This document shows, one piece after another, positions 9,834-19,282 of a stretch of DNA of 41,279 nucleotides; the stretch's first letter is position 1, and every line of letters begins with the position of its first letter. Below the pieces are notes generated by a model, which saw nothing but the letters and a program-made list of their open reading frames with translations, did no database searches and was not told where the DNA came from. Location: assembly GCA_902767355.1 (NCBI GenBank), contig CACXHG010000145.1, forward strand, positions 1 to 41,279, given 5' to 3'. The position numbers and the translations under genes were made by a program. This stretch comes from an uncultured Bacteroidia bacterium (GTDB lineage: Bacteria > Bacteroidota > Bacteroidia > Bacteroidales > UBA932).

Positions 9834-11207
9834 CTACTTGAACACAAGCCTGCAAAGGGCAGGTATGTCGGCTACAGGTACAACTTCAATGCCAGTCTCG
9901 GAAAAAGAGCCTTCCTTATTGAAGGATGATATGTATATCTTCTTGAAACCTATCTTCTTAGCCTCTGCAATGCGGCGCTGCACCTGACTCACCGGGCGCA
10001 GCTCTCCGCTGAGGCCGATCTCTGCGCAGAAGCAGCTGGTAAGGGGCACGCTCAGGTCGAAGTTGCTGGCCAGGATGGCCACGGCCACGGCCATGTCGCA
10101 GGCGGGATCGGTCACGCGCAGGCCGCCGGCCACATTCAGGAAAACGTCCTTGGCGGCCAGCTTGAAGCCGGCCCGCTTCTCCAGCACCGCCAGCAGCATG
10201 TTCATGCGGCGGGCGTCGAAGCCGTTGGCGTTGCGCTGCGGCATACCGTAGGCCGCCGTGCTCACCAGCGCCTGTATCTCCAGCATGAAAGGCCGCGTGC
10301 CGTCCATCACGGAGGCGATGGCTATGCCGCTCAGATCGTCCTGATGCATGGGGATGAGTATTTCCGACGGGTTCAGCACCTGGCGCAGGCCCTCGCCGGT
10401 CATCTCGAACACCGCCAGCTCCGAAGTGCTGCCGAAGCGGTTCTTGATGCTGCGCAGCAGGCGGTAGGCGCCGCGGGTGTCGCCCTCGAACTGCAGCACC
10501 ACATCCACTATGTGCTCCAGCACCTTGGGCCCGGCGATGGTGCCGTCTTTGGTGATGTGGCCTATGAGAATCACCGGCGTGCCGCTCTCCTTGGCGTAGC
10601 GCAGCAGGCGGGCGGCGCATTCGCGCACCTGCGACACGCTGCCGGCAGACGAGTCCAGGGCGTCGGAGTAGATGGTCTGTATGGAATCCACCACCAGCAG
10701 GTCTGGAGCCACGGCGGCCGCCTGCTCCAGGATATTCTCCAATATTGTCTCCGACAGGATGCTGCAGTGCGAAGAATCGCCGCCCAGGCGCTGGGCGCGC
10801 ATCTTTATCTGCCGCGGACTCTCCTCGCCCGAGACATAGAGCGTCTTGAGATTGGGGCAGCCGAGCGGGATCTGCAGGGCCAGGGTGGACTTGCCTATGC
10901 CGGGCTCGCCGCCCAGCAGTATCATCGAACCCTCTACCAGGCCGCCGCCCAGCAGGCGGTCCACCTCTGCCAGGCCTATCGAGAAGCGGTTCTCGCTGGT
11001 GAGGGAAATCTCGTCGAGAGACATGGGCCGGGCGTCGGACTCGGTGGCCACGAACGCCCTGCTACGGGTGGCAGCAGAGGATTTCCTTTCCCTTTTCGGC
11101 TCCTCCACCATCGTGTTCCACTCGCCGCATGCCGGGCAACGGCCCATCCATTTGGGGCTCTCGTTGCCGCAGGAAGTACAGTACCAAACGGTTTTCTCTT
11201 TTGCCAT
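9834..11207 (-). CDS. radA: DNA repair protein RadA
   Basis: 457 aa; N-terminal zinc finger (CTSCGNESPKWMGRCPACGEW), Walker A (GGEPGIGKST), KNRFG motif, Lon-protease-like C-terminal domain. Confidence 0.95.
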   Translation of the reverse strand: MAKEKTVWYCTSCGNESPKWMGRCPACGEWNTMVEEPKRERKSSAATRSRAFVATESDARPMSLDEISLTSENRFSIGLAEVDRLLGGGLVEGSMILLGGEPGIGKSTLALQIPLGCPNLKTLYVSGEESPRQIKMRAQRLGGDSSHCSILSETILENILEQAAAVAPDLLVVDSIQTIYSDALDSSAGSVSQVRECAARLLRYAKESGTPVILIGHITKDGTIAGPKVLEHIVDVVLQFEGDTRGAYRLLRSIKNRFGSTSELAVFEMTGEGLRQVLNPSEILIPMHQDDLSGIAIASVMDGTRPFMLEIQALVSTAAYGMPQRNANGFDARRMNMLLAVLEKRAGFKLAAKDVFLNVAGGLRVTDPACDMAVAVAILASNFDLSVPLTSCFCAEIGLSGELRPVSQVQRRIAEAKKIGFKKIYISSFNKEGSFSETGIEVVPVADIPALCRLVFK

Positions 11208-11210
11208 AAT

Positions 11211-12065
11211 CTATTTTTTTACCACAATGAAGCGGTCTTTGCCATTGATGTCCTGGATTACGGCCGCGCCGGTAAAGAGCGCTGCCGTTTCGGCTGCAAG
11301 AGAGGCGTTTATCTCCAGCCAGAGGCTGCCGCCGTCCTTGAGCAGCCCATCTGCCCAGAGCGCGATGGCGCGGTAGAAGCGCAGCGGGTCACTGTCCGGC
11401 ACAAAAAGCGCCTGCTCCGGCTCCCAGTCCAGCACGTTGGGCTCCATCTGCGCCCTCTCCGACTCCATCACATACGGCGGATTGCTCACTATGAGGTCGA
11501 ATTTGGGCAGGCCTGCCGGCGGAGCGGCCAGCACGTCGGCCTGGAACAGCACGGGGCGCGCGCCCTGCAGCTTGACCCTCTGGCGGCAGGCTATCTTGAG
11601 GGCGGCGTCGCTGATGTCGCAGCCGAACACCTGCGCCTCGGGAAACTCGCTGGCAAAGGCATAGGCCAGGCAGCCGCTGCCGGTGCAGATGTCCAGGATG
11701 GAGAAATTGTCGTCCTGGCTTTCCTGCATCAGCCTGTCGCAGTCCTCGGCCGCAAGCTCGTAGAGCTGCTCCGTCTCCGGGCGCGGAATCAGCACCCCGG
11801 GGCCGACCTTGATGCGCAGACCCGCGAACCAGGTGTAGCCCAGCACATATTGCAGCGGCTCGCCCTTTGCCAGGCGCTCGGCCGCCTCGGCCAGCAGCTG
11901 CCCTTTGGCGTCATCTACCACGGTGTCCGGCTCGCTCAGATGCTTGTAGTCCGGCACTGACAGCAGGCTGGTGACGGCGCGGATGGCAATCGAGCGCGCC
12001 TCCCTGGGCTCGTACAGCGGTTCCAGAGAAGCGGCAATGGCGTCTATGTGCTCCTTGAGTGTCAT
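11211..12065 (-). CDS. prmC: peptide chain release factor N5-glutamine methyltransferase
   Basis: I prefer the start MTLKEHIDAIA (ATG 12065-12063), which forms an ATGA overlap with the ddl stop. The 83-codon upstream extension in the track lies inside ddl. SAM motif ILDICTGSGC and the NPPY motif (IVSNPPY) are present. Confidence 0.9.
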   Translation of the reverse strand: MTLKEHIDAIAASLEPLYEPREARSIAIRAVTSLLSVPDYKHLSEPDTVVDDAKGQLLAEAAERLAKGEPLQYVLGYTWFAGLRIKVGPGVLIPRPETEQLYELAAEDCDRLMQESQDDNFSILDICTGSGCLAYAFASEFPEAQVFGCDISDAALKIACRQRVKLQGARPVLFQADVLAAPPAGLPKFDLIVSNPPYVMESERAQMEPNVLDWEPEQALFVPDSDPLRFYRAIALWADGLLKDGGSLWLEINASLAAETAALFTGAAVIQDINGKDRFIVVKK

Positions 12066-13039
12066 TTGCGCAGCGCGTTTTCTATAAGGGCCGTGAAGAA
12101 CTCTGTCATATTGCGTCCGGAGGCACGCACCATCTTGGGCACCAGGCTCATGCGCGTCATGCCGGGGGTGGCGTTGATCTCCAGGAAATATACGCCTTCG
12201 CTGCCGGCGATATAGTCTATGCGTATCAGGCCAGTGCCGCCAAGATGAGTGTAAATCTTTTTGGTGCAGGCCGTTATCTGGCCTGCCAGCTCTTCTGATA
12301 TGGGCGCGGGGCAAAGCTCCTCGCTCTTGCCGTTGTATTTGGCGTCGTAATCGAAATACTCGTTGGTGGTGACAATCTCCGTGATGGGCAGGGCCACCGG
12401 CTCGCCGCCGTCCATATAGATGGCCTGGGTCAGCTCGCGGCCGACTATAGCCTTCTCTATCAGGATGGTATCGCCCTCACCAAAGGCATAGTCTATGGCT
12501 GCGGGCAGCAGCGAGGGGTCCTTGACCTTGGTCACGCCAAAACTGCTGCCGCCGTCGGACGGTTTCACAAATACCGGCAGGCCCAGCTTGGCCACGATAT
12601 CTTCTGCATCGTATTGCTGGCCGCGGCGCAGGAACACGTCGGCGGCCATCTTCACGCCCGTGTCTGCCAGAAGCCGCTTGCAGGAATATTTGTTGAAGGC
12701 GATGGTGCACACGAAAGAAGAGCAGGTGGTCACGGGCACGCCCATCATCTCAAAGTAGCCCTGCAGCAGGCCGTTCTCTCCGGGGATGCCGTGAATCATG
12801 ATGCAGGCCACGTCAAACTTGACGCCGGCGCAGGAGAAGTCGCCTTTATCCACCTCCCCTAGCACCTTCATGGTCTCGCCTTCCCACTCTACCAGCTGCC
12901 AGCTGTCGGGGTTGAAGAGCACCTCGAATACATTATATCTTTCCCTATCGATAACAGAAGCGGCATATCTGCCGCTCAAGATTGAAATCGGGCGCTCCGA
13001 AGACGGACCGCCGTAAATTACTGCAACATTCTTTTTCAC
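12062..13039 (-). CDS. ddl: D-alanine--D-alanine ligase
   Basis: 325 aa; MKKNVAVIYGGPSSERPISILSG, ATP-grasp blocks (LPVFVKPSDGGSSFGV, EINATPGMT). Confidence 0.94.
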   Translation of the reverse strand: MKKNVAVIYGGPSSERPISILSGRYAASVIDRERYNVFEVLFNPDSWQLVEWEGETMKVLGEVDKGDFSCAGVKFDVACIMIHGIPGENGLLQGYFEMMGVPVTTCSSFVCTIAFNKYSCKRLLADTGVKMAADVFLRRGQQYDAEDIVAKLGLPVFVKPSDGGSSFGVTKVKDPSLLPAAIDYAFGEGDTILIEKAIVGRELTQAIYMDGGEPVALPITEIVTTNEYFDYDAKYNGKSEELCPAPISEELAGQITACTKKIYTHLGGTGLIRIDYIAGSEGVYFLEINATPGMTRMSLVPKMVRASGRNMTEFFTALIENALRK

Positions 13040-13054
13040 TTCAAAAACTACACT

Positions 13055-15415
13055 TTAATCGAAATAATCATTCTCTTCGTCATAGCCGCCCTCGGACTCA
13101 CCCCAAGAGAGGTTTTCGCCGCCGGAAGCGCAGCTGAGGTCCATATCCCAGCCTGCCGGAGGCACGAACTGCTCGCCGTTGCTTATGCCGATGCTCTTGT
13201 CGGCCATGACCTTCTGCATGAACAGGCCCCAGATAGGCAGTGCCATATTGCTGCCGCCGCCCAGCCGGGTGCTCTCGAAGTGGACCTGACGGTCCTCTGC
13301 GCCCACCCATACGCCGGCGGTGAGCCTGGGCACATAGCCTATGAACCAGCCGTCGGAGTTGTCGTTGGTGGTACCGGTCTTGCCGGCGGCACCCTGTATG
13401 CCGTATTTCCACTTGAGGCGGGTGCCGGTGCCCTCGTTCACCACGCCCTGCATCAGATTAACCATCAGATAGGCTGTCTGGGCGCTCAGGGCCTCCTTCT
13501 TGTGGGGGGCGAAAGTGGTCAGCAGGTTACCCTGGCTGTCCTCTATCTTATCTACGAACATGCTGGTGATATACACGCCCCGCGAGGGGTAGGTGTTGTA
13601 GGCAGACACCATCTCGAACACGGATATGTCGCACGAACCCACGCAGAGCGAGTACACGGGCTCCAGATAGCTGCTGATGCCCATCTTACGGCACATCTCT
13701 ATCATGGCCTCCGGGCCGAACTGCTTCATCAGAAAGGCCGAGATATTGTTGGACGAGTGCGCCAGGCCCCACTTGAGGGTGACCGTCTGGCCTATCCACT
13801 CCGCCCTGTCGGTGCTGCGGGGGGTCCAGGTGGTGTTGCCTATCTCGAAGGTATAGGGTATGTTGGCCACCCTGTCGCAGGGAGAATAGCCTTCCTGCAT
13901 GGCCAGGGTATAGAGATATGGCTTTATGGTAGAGCCCACCTGACGGCGGCCCTGCCGCACGTTGTCGTATTTGAAATAGCGGTAGTCGGGACCGCCCACA
14001 TAGGCCTTGACCTTGCCCGTGTTGGGCTCCACGGCCATCAGCGCAGCCCTCAGGAAGGACTTGTAGTAGCGTATGGAGTCGTTGGGCGTCATCACGGTGT
14101 CTATGCTGCCCTGCCTGTTCCAGGCAAAGACATTCATCTGCACCGGCGTATCGAAGCTCTTGAGGATTTCCTTTTCCGATATGCCCTGCTTTTTCATCCC
14201 CATCCAGCGGTCGCTCCAGCGGCGGGCCTGATTCATGGCGCTGTTTATCACGTCCTGCGGGATGTCGTTGGAGAAGGGGCGGTTGCGCTTGCCGCGCAGC
14301 TCGCGGTCGAAGGTCGGCTGCAAATCCTTGCCAAGATGCTGGCGCACAGCCTGTTCGGCATAACGCTGCATACGGCTGTCGATGGTGGTATATATCCTCA
14401 GGCCGTCCTTGTCCAGATTGTATTTGGTGCCGTCCGGCTTGGTGTTCTTGTTGAGCCAGCCATACAGCGGGTCATCTACCCAGGCGGTGGAATCCACCTG
14501 ATAATCTACCCAGTTGCGATAGTCGCTGCGCTTGGGCTTGGTTGCGTTCATGGTGCGGCGGAGCATATCCCTCAGATAGGGGGCCAGGCCGGTGTTGTGG
14601 TCCTGCCGCTCGTATTTGAGCACAATGTCCAGCTGCTGCAGCGAGTCGCACTCGTGCTTGGTCAGATAGCCGTGCTGGCGCATGCGCGACAGAATCAGGT
14701 TGCGGCGGGCCATCGACTGGTCGTAATTCAGGGCCGGGTTGTAGCGGGTGGGCTTGTTGATCATGCCCACAAGGCAGGCGCTCTCTTCTGCCGTGAGCTC
14801 GCTGGGGTGCTTGTCGAAGAAGGTGCGGGCCGCGGTATTGATGCCGTAGGCGTTGCTGCCGAAGAACACGGCATTCATATACATGGTGATAATCTCGTTC
14901 TTGGTGTAGTTGCGCTCCAACTTGACGGCTGTGATCCACTCCCTGAACTTGATGTTGACCATGTGGATGACCTTGGCGCCCGGGAAGTGCGGATAGCTCT
15001 CGGACCGCGGATAGAGCGTCTTGGCCAGCTGCTGGGTGATGGTGCTGCCGCCGCCCGCAGAGCTCTCACGCATGGCCAGCGTCTTGACCGCCACGCGGGC
15101 CAGGCCGCGGAAATCGATGCCGGAATGCTTGTAGAAGCGGGCGTCTTCGGTGGCCACCGCCGCGTCTATCAGACACTGCGGCAGGTCTTCAAAAGAAGCG
15201 AAGGTCCGGTTCTCGATGTGATAGGTGCTCAGCACGCGGCCGTCGCAGCTGATAAGCTCGGTGGCCAGATTGCTCTTGTGGTTTTCCAACTCCTCGAAAG
15301 ACGGGATTTTGGCAAACAGGGCGACCAGGAGCAGCCAGAAGCCTATGAGCACGAAGGGGGCGACCAAAAGAATCCACCACCACTTTATAATTGTTTTGCG
15401 AGTTTTATCTTTCAT
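13055..15415 (-). CDS. mrcA: penicillin-binding protein 1A (bifunctional transglycosylase/transpeptidase)
   Basis: GT51 motifs (EDARFYKHSGID, GGSTITQQL) and transpeptidase motifs (STIKP, SSN, KTGTT). I prefer the start MKDKTRKTII (ATG 15415) because a TAcaTTTG -7 box (15437-15430, minus) falls inside the longer ORF that begins at 15463. Confidence 0.92.
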   Translation of the reverse strand: MKDKTRKTIIKWWWILLVAPFVLIGFWLLLVALFAKIPSFEELENHKSNLATELISCDGRVLSTYHIENRTFASFEDLPQCLIDAAVATEDARFYKHSGIDFRGLARVAVKTLAMRESSAGGGSTITQQLAKTLYPRSESYPHFPGAKVIHMVNIKFREWITAVKLERNYTKNEIITMYMNAVFFGSNAYGINTAARTFFDKHPSELTAEESACLVGMINKPTRYNPALNYDQSMARRNLILSRMRQHGYLTKHECDSLQQLDIVLKYERQDHNTGLAPYLRDMLRRTMNATKPKRSDYRNWVDYQVDSTAWVDDPLYGWLNKNTKPDGTKYNLDKDGLRIYTTIDSRMQRYAEQAVRQHLGKDLQPTFDRELRGKRNRPFSNDIPQDVINSAMNQARRWSDRWMGMKKQGISEKEILKSFDTPVQMNVFAWNRQGSIDTVMTPNDSIRYYKSFLRAALMAVEPNTGKVKAYVGGPDYRYFKYDNVRQGRRQVGSTIKPYLYTLAMQEGYSPCDRVANIPYTFEIGNTTWTPRSTDRAEWIGQTVTLKWGLAHSSNNISAFLMKQFGPEAMIEMCRKMGISSYLEPVYSLCVGSCDISVFEMVSAYNTYPSRGVYITSMFVDKIEDSQGNLLTTFAPHKKEALSAQTAYLMVNLMQGVVNEGTGTRLKWKYGIQGAAGKTGTTNDNSDGWFIGYVPRLTAGVWVGAEDRQVHFESTRLGGGSNMALPIWGLFMQKVMADKSIGISNGEQFVPPAGWDMDLSCASGGENLSWGESEGGYDEENDYFD

Positions 15416-15483
15416 TTGAGAAGTTTTGGCAAATGTAGAAATAAATCCTTTACTTTGCCACACTAAAATAATAATGGACTGAT

Positions 15484-17763
15484 ATGGGAGAAAATTTGGT
15501 GATAGTGGAGTCCCCGCACAAAGCGAAAACCATCCAGGGTTTTCTGGGGAAGGATTTTGTAGTCAAGTCGAGTCAGGGCCATATCCGCGATTTGCCCAAA
15601 AACAACAATGGCATAGACGTGGACCACGGCTTTGCGCCAAAATACGAAGTGTCGCCGGACAAGAAAAAAATTGTTGCCGACCTCAAGAAATCGGCAGAGA
15701 AAGCCGACATGGTGTGGCTGGCTTCCGATGAAGACCGCGAGGGGGAAGCCATAGCCTGGCACATCAGCGACACTCTGGGCCTGGACAAGTCCAAGAGCAA
15801 GCGCATCGCCTTTCACGAGATTACCAAAAGCGCCATTCTCAACGCCTTGGAGAATCCGCGCGACATAGACATGGACCTGGTGATGGCCCAGCAGGCCCGC
15901 CGTGTGCTGGACCGCCTGGTCGGCTTCGAGCTCTCGCCCATACTCTGGCGCAAGGTGCAGGGGAACCTGTCCGCCGGCCGCGTACAGTCGGTGGCCGTGC
16001 GCCTCATCGTAGACCGGGCCCGCGAGATCGCAGCTTACGATTTTAAACCTTACTTCAAGGTTGACGGCACCTTTATCGCCAAGGGCAACCGCAGCCATCT
16101 GCACGGCACCCTGGACCGCAAGTTTGCCACCGAGGCCGAGGCTGAAGGTTTCCTTAAAAAGTGCATCGGCTGCAATTTCCGCGTCGGCAACATAGAAAAG
16201 AAGACCGGCACCCGGACCCCGGCGGCGCCGTTCACCACCAGCGTGCTGCAGCAGGAAGCCGCCCGCAAGCTGGGCTTTTCCGTGAGCGCCACCATGCAGG
16301 TGGCCCAGGGCCTTTACGAGCGCGGTCTTATCACCTACATGCGTACCGACTCCGTGAACCTGTCTTCGCTGGCCATCAGCACCGCAAAAGAGTTTATCTC
16401 GGAGCATTACGGGGCCGAGTATTCCCATGTGCGCCAGTATCACACCCGCAGCAAAGGCGCCCAGGAAGCCCATGAGGCCATCCGCCCCACCTACATCCAG
16501 AACACCTCTATAGAAGGCACGGCGGCAGAAAAACGCCTCTACGAGCTCATCTGGAAGCGCACCATCGCCAGCCAGATGGCCGACGCCCGCATAGAGAAGA
16601 CCAGCGTGGACATTCTCGGCGACAAGATAGAAGAGAAATTCGTGATGGAGGCCGAGAAAGTACTCTTCGACGGTTTCCTGAAGGTTTACATAGAAGGCCG
16701 CGACGACGAGCCCGAAGAGTCCCTGGCGGCATCGCTGCCCGAGCTCGAGGTCGGCTGCCCGATGCAGAACATAGACATCACCGCCAAGGAGCGCCTGACC
16801 CAGGGCCCCCAGCACTACAGCGAGGCCACCCTGGTCAAGAAGCTCGAAGAGCTGGGCATAGGCCGCCCCTCGACCTACTCCCCCACCATATCCACCATCA
16901 TCAAGCGCGGATATGTGGTCAAGGGCGATGTGCCGGGCGTGCAGCGCCAGTGCACCACCCTCACCCTCAAGGGAGAGGTGATAAGCAGCGCCACCGCCGT
17001 GGAAACCATAGGCAAGGAAAAGAAGAAACTCCTGCCGGAAAACATCGGTATGGTGGTCACAGACTATCTGGAGGCCAATTTCCCCGACATCCTGGACTAT
17101 AACTTCACTGCCAAGGTAGAAGAGGATTTCGACGACATCGCCAAGGGCCACAAGGTCTGGAACGAGGTCATCAGCGAGTTTTACACGCCCTTCCACGCCA
17201 CCGTCAAGGCCAAGATGGAAGACCGCGAATACACCCACGCCGAGCGTGTCATAGGCACCGACCCGGCCAGCGGCAAGCCCGTCATCGCGCGCATGGGCCG
17301 CTTCAGCCCCATCGTGCAGAAGGGCGCCAACGACGACCCCGACAAGCAGTACGCCGGCATGAAGAAGGGCCAGCTGATAGAGAATATCACCCTCGAAGAG
17401 GCCCTCAAGCTGTTTGACCTCCCCCGCAAGGTCGGCATGTTCGAAGATGCCGAGATCGTGGCCGCCATAGGCCGCTTCGGCCCCTACATCAAGCATGGCG
17501 GCAAGTTCTATTCCCTGCCGAAGAACCTCTCGCCGTACAGCATCACCGAAGATGAGGCCGCCGAGGTCATCCGCACCCGGCGCAGCCAGGAAGCCGCCTC
17601 GCATATCGCAGCCTTCCCCGAGCAGGACATCGAGATCAGAGTCGGCCGCTTCGGCCCCTACATCAAGCATGGCGGCAAGAATTACAAGATTCCCAAAAAG
17701 CTCGACCCGGAGAAGCTTTCGGCAGAAGAATGCATGAAAATAATTAACTCTCAAAACAAATAA
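15484..17763 (+). CDS. topA: DNA topoisomerase I (type IA)
   Basis: 759 aa; TOPRIM start (LVIVESPHKAKTI), active-site region GLITYMRTDS, repeated C-terminal GRFGPYIKHGGK motifs. Confidence 0.96.
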   Translation: MGENLVIVESPHKAKTIQGFLGKDFVVKSSQGHIRDLPKNNNGIDVDHGFAPKYEVSPDKKKIVADLKKSAEKADMVWLASDEDREGEAIAWHISDTLGLDKSKSKRIAFHEITKSAILNALENPRDIDMDLVMAQQARRVLDRLVGFELSPILWRKVQGNLSAGRVQSVAVRLIVDRAREIAAYDFKPYFKVDGTFIAKGNRSHLHGTLDRKFATEAEAEGFLKKCIGCNFRVGNIEKKTGTRTPAAPFTTSVLQQEAARKLGFSVSATMQVAQGLYERGLITYMRTDSVNLSSLAISTAKEFISEHYGAEYSHVRQYHTRSKGAQEAHEAIRPTYIQNTSIEGTAAEKRLYELIWKRTIASQMADARIEKTSVDILGDKIEEKFVMEAEKVLFDGFLKVYIEGRDDEPEESLAASLPELEVGCPMQNIDITAKERLTQGPQHYSEATLVKKLEELGIGRPSTYSPTISTIIKRGYVVKGDVPGVQRQCTTLTLKGEVISSATAVETIGKEKKKLLPENIGMVVTDYLEANFPDILDYNFTAKVEEDFDDIAKGHKVWNEVISEFYTPFHATVKAKMEDREYTHAERVIGTDPASGKPVIARMGRFSPIVQKGANDDPDKQYAGMKKGQLIENITLEEALKLFDLPRKVGMFEDAEIVAAIGRFGPYIKHGGKFYSLPKNLSPYSITEDEAAEVIRTRRSQEAASHIAAFPEQDIEIRVGRFGPYIKHGGKNYKIPKKLDPEKLSAEECMKIINSQNK

Positions 17764-17765
17764 CT

Positions 17766-18287
17766 ATGCCTATCACCACAGAAGGGCACCAATTAGATGC
17801 CACCGACCTCAAAATCCTAGCATTCCTGGTCAAGAATGCGCGTATGCCTTACCTCGAAATTTCCAGGGAGTGCGGCATTTCCGGCGCTGCCATACATCAG
17901 AGAGTCAAGAAGATGGAGAACATGGGCATCATCACCGGCAGCCGTCTGCTCGTTAAGCCGCAGGCACTGGGGCTCAATGTGTGCTGCTACATAGGCGTCA
18001 CACTGTCCAGCGCCAACGAGTATCCCCACGTCGTAGAAGAGCTCAAGAAGCTCCCCGAGGTTGTGGAATGCCACTTCATCACCGGCGTCCACGCCCTCAT
18101 GCTCAAGCTCTACTGCTTCGACAACGAACACCTCATGAAGGTGCTCATCAACACCATCCAGAACATCGACGGCATCAAGAGCACCGAGACATGGATATCC
18201 CTGGACCAGGCGTTCGAACGCCAGGTATGGGTAAAGGACTACGGCAGCAACGACGCTCCCGCCAAGGCAAAGAAGAAAAACAAATAG
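17766..18287 (+). CDS. Lrp/AsnC family transcriptional regulator
   Basis: 173 aa; N-terminal HTH (LDATDLKILAFLVKNARMPYLEISRECGISGAAIHQRVKKMENMGII) followed by a RAM-like C-terminal domain. Confidence 0.88.
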   Translation: MPITTEGHQLDATDLKILAFLVKNARMPYLEISRECGISGAAIHQRVKKMENMGIITGSRLLVKPQALGLNVCCYIGVTLSSANEYPHVVEELKKLPEVVECHFITGVHALMLKLYCFDNEHLMKVLINTIQNIDGIKSTETWISLDQAFERQVWVKDYGSNDAPAKAKKKNK

Positions 18288-18290
18288 GCT

Positions 18291-19277
18291 TTATTCCCCC
18301 GTGTAAAGCGTGGCTTCCCAAGAGAGGACTTCTCCGGGAATGGTCCACGACGCAGGGGTCATCACCGTCACGAAGCCCAGGCCGCCGGAAACGTTTTCCG
18401 GATATATGACAGGTTCTGTCATAAATTCCAGATCGATTCCGTCCCCGTCTTGGGCTTTGACATACATGAATTCGTCAAAGCTGATGGAATACACCTGGAT
18501 CACGGTGTCTATGGCATAGAGGTCGCCGTCTTCCAGATTGGCAAAGAAGTCGTTCCAGTCATTGTAGCGGATAGCATAGCCCTGTTCTACATTGAGCGTG
18601 CAGGTGCCGCCCGCGAACATCTCGTCTGAAAAGAGATTGAAATAATTCGAGATGCTCAAAAATTCCGAGGCCTGGTCGCCTATGGGATTGAGCAGTTTGT
18701 CTTTGCTGCCGTCAAGGTGAATAGGACCCCGTATGCTCGCCAGGGTATTGCCGTCCGCATCCAGTTTCCGGGCCAGCTGATAAGCGGCGAGCATATAGTA
18801 GTCTTTCTGGCCGGCTTGGTCACGAACGCTTATAGCATATTTTGTGACGGGCTGCTTCCCGACATAGTCGGGGGTGCTGTTGTCCATTTCCCGCTTTGTT
18901 TCGACAGCGGTGATTTCGGCAGCGCTTTGCGGCACAATGGCTTCTGCACTGGCTCTAAGGTCGCGCCAGCTGGCCTGCAGGGCGATTTTGTCACCCGGCT
19001 TTAAGTCCGCATCGAACACATAGCCATAGTCTCCATATTCTATGGTCACGGGCGCCGACCCGTTCACGCTGTAGCTCAGGCGGGCATCTTCCAAATAATT
19101 GCAACCGGCGCCTTCGCTGCAATAAATCTGCACGCGATGGCGCGTTTCGTCTTGCTTTAGCTGCGCACACAGCACCAGCACAGGATTGTTGGTGTCTCGC
19201 CAGAGAATCTCCACGTCGTTTTCGCAGGAAGTGAGAGTCAGCAGGGTGGCCAGTGCGGCATATATGGTCTTTTTCAT
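18291..19277 (-). CDS. DUF4249-like lipoprotein (partner of the upstream TonB-dependent receptor)
   Basis: 328 aa; lipoprotein signal (LLTLTSC). Lies immediately downstream of a CarboxypepD_reg-type TonB-dependent receptor, the usual DUF4249 context. The family call is by context and recollection. Confidence 0.65.
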   Translation of the reverse strand: MKKTIYAALATLLTLTSCENDVEILWRDTNNPVLVLCAQLKQDETRHRVQIYCSEGAGCNYLEDARLSYSVNGSAPVTIEYGDYGYVFDADLKPGDKIALQASWRDLRASAEAIVPQSAAEITAVETKREMDNSTPDYVGKQPVTKYAISVRDQAGQKDYYMLAAYQLARKLDADGNTLASIRGPIHLDGSKDKLLNPIGDQASEFLSISNYFNLFSDEMFAGGTCTLNVEQGYAIRYNDWNDFFANLEDGDLYAIDTVIQVYSISFDEFMYVKAQDGDGIDLEFMTEPVIYPENVSGGLGFVTVMTPASWTIPGEVLSWEATLYTGE

Positions 19278-19282
19278 ATCCG

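Noticed and set aside
12066-12314. An 83-codon upstream extension of the prmC ORF.
   Set aside because: It lies entirely within the ddl coding region in another frame. The MTLKEH start forms a typical ATGA stop/start overlap with ddl and gives a normal-length PrmC.
15463-17754. A very long ORF (763 aa) antisense to topA. Similar long antisense ORFs lie opposite other real genes: 1540-2655 (secY), 10344-11960 (radA/prmC), 13280-15466 (PBP1A), 19253-20728 and 20795-22036 (TonB-dependent receptor), 29134-30312 (purH), 30633-31580 (mreB), 31702-32475 (mreC), 33395-34894 (mrdA), 35236-36354 (rodA), 36475-37785 and 37798-39027 (gcvP), 39217-40038 (lgt), 40096-40725 (methyltransferase).
   Set aside because: These are shadow ORFs, typical of GC3-rich coding regions. 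Their products are low-complexity (Gly/Ala/Val/His/Leu/Asp/Arg-rich) with no recognisable motifs. In every case the opposite strand encodes a full-length protein with clear family signatures.
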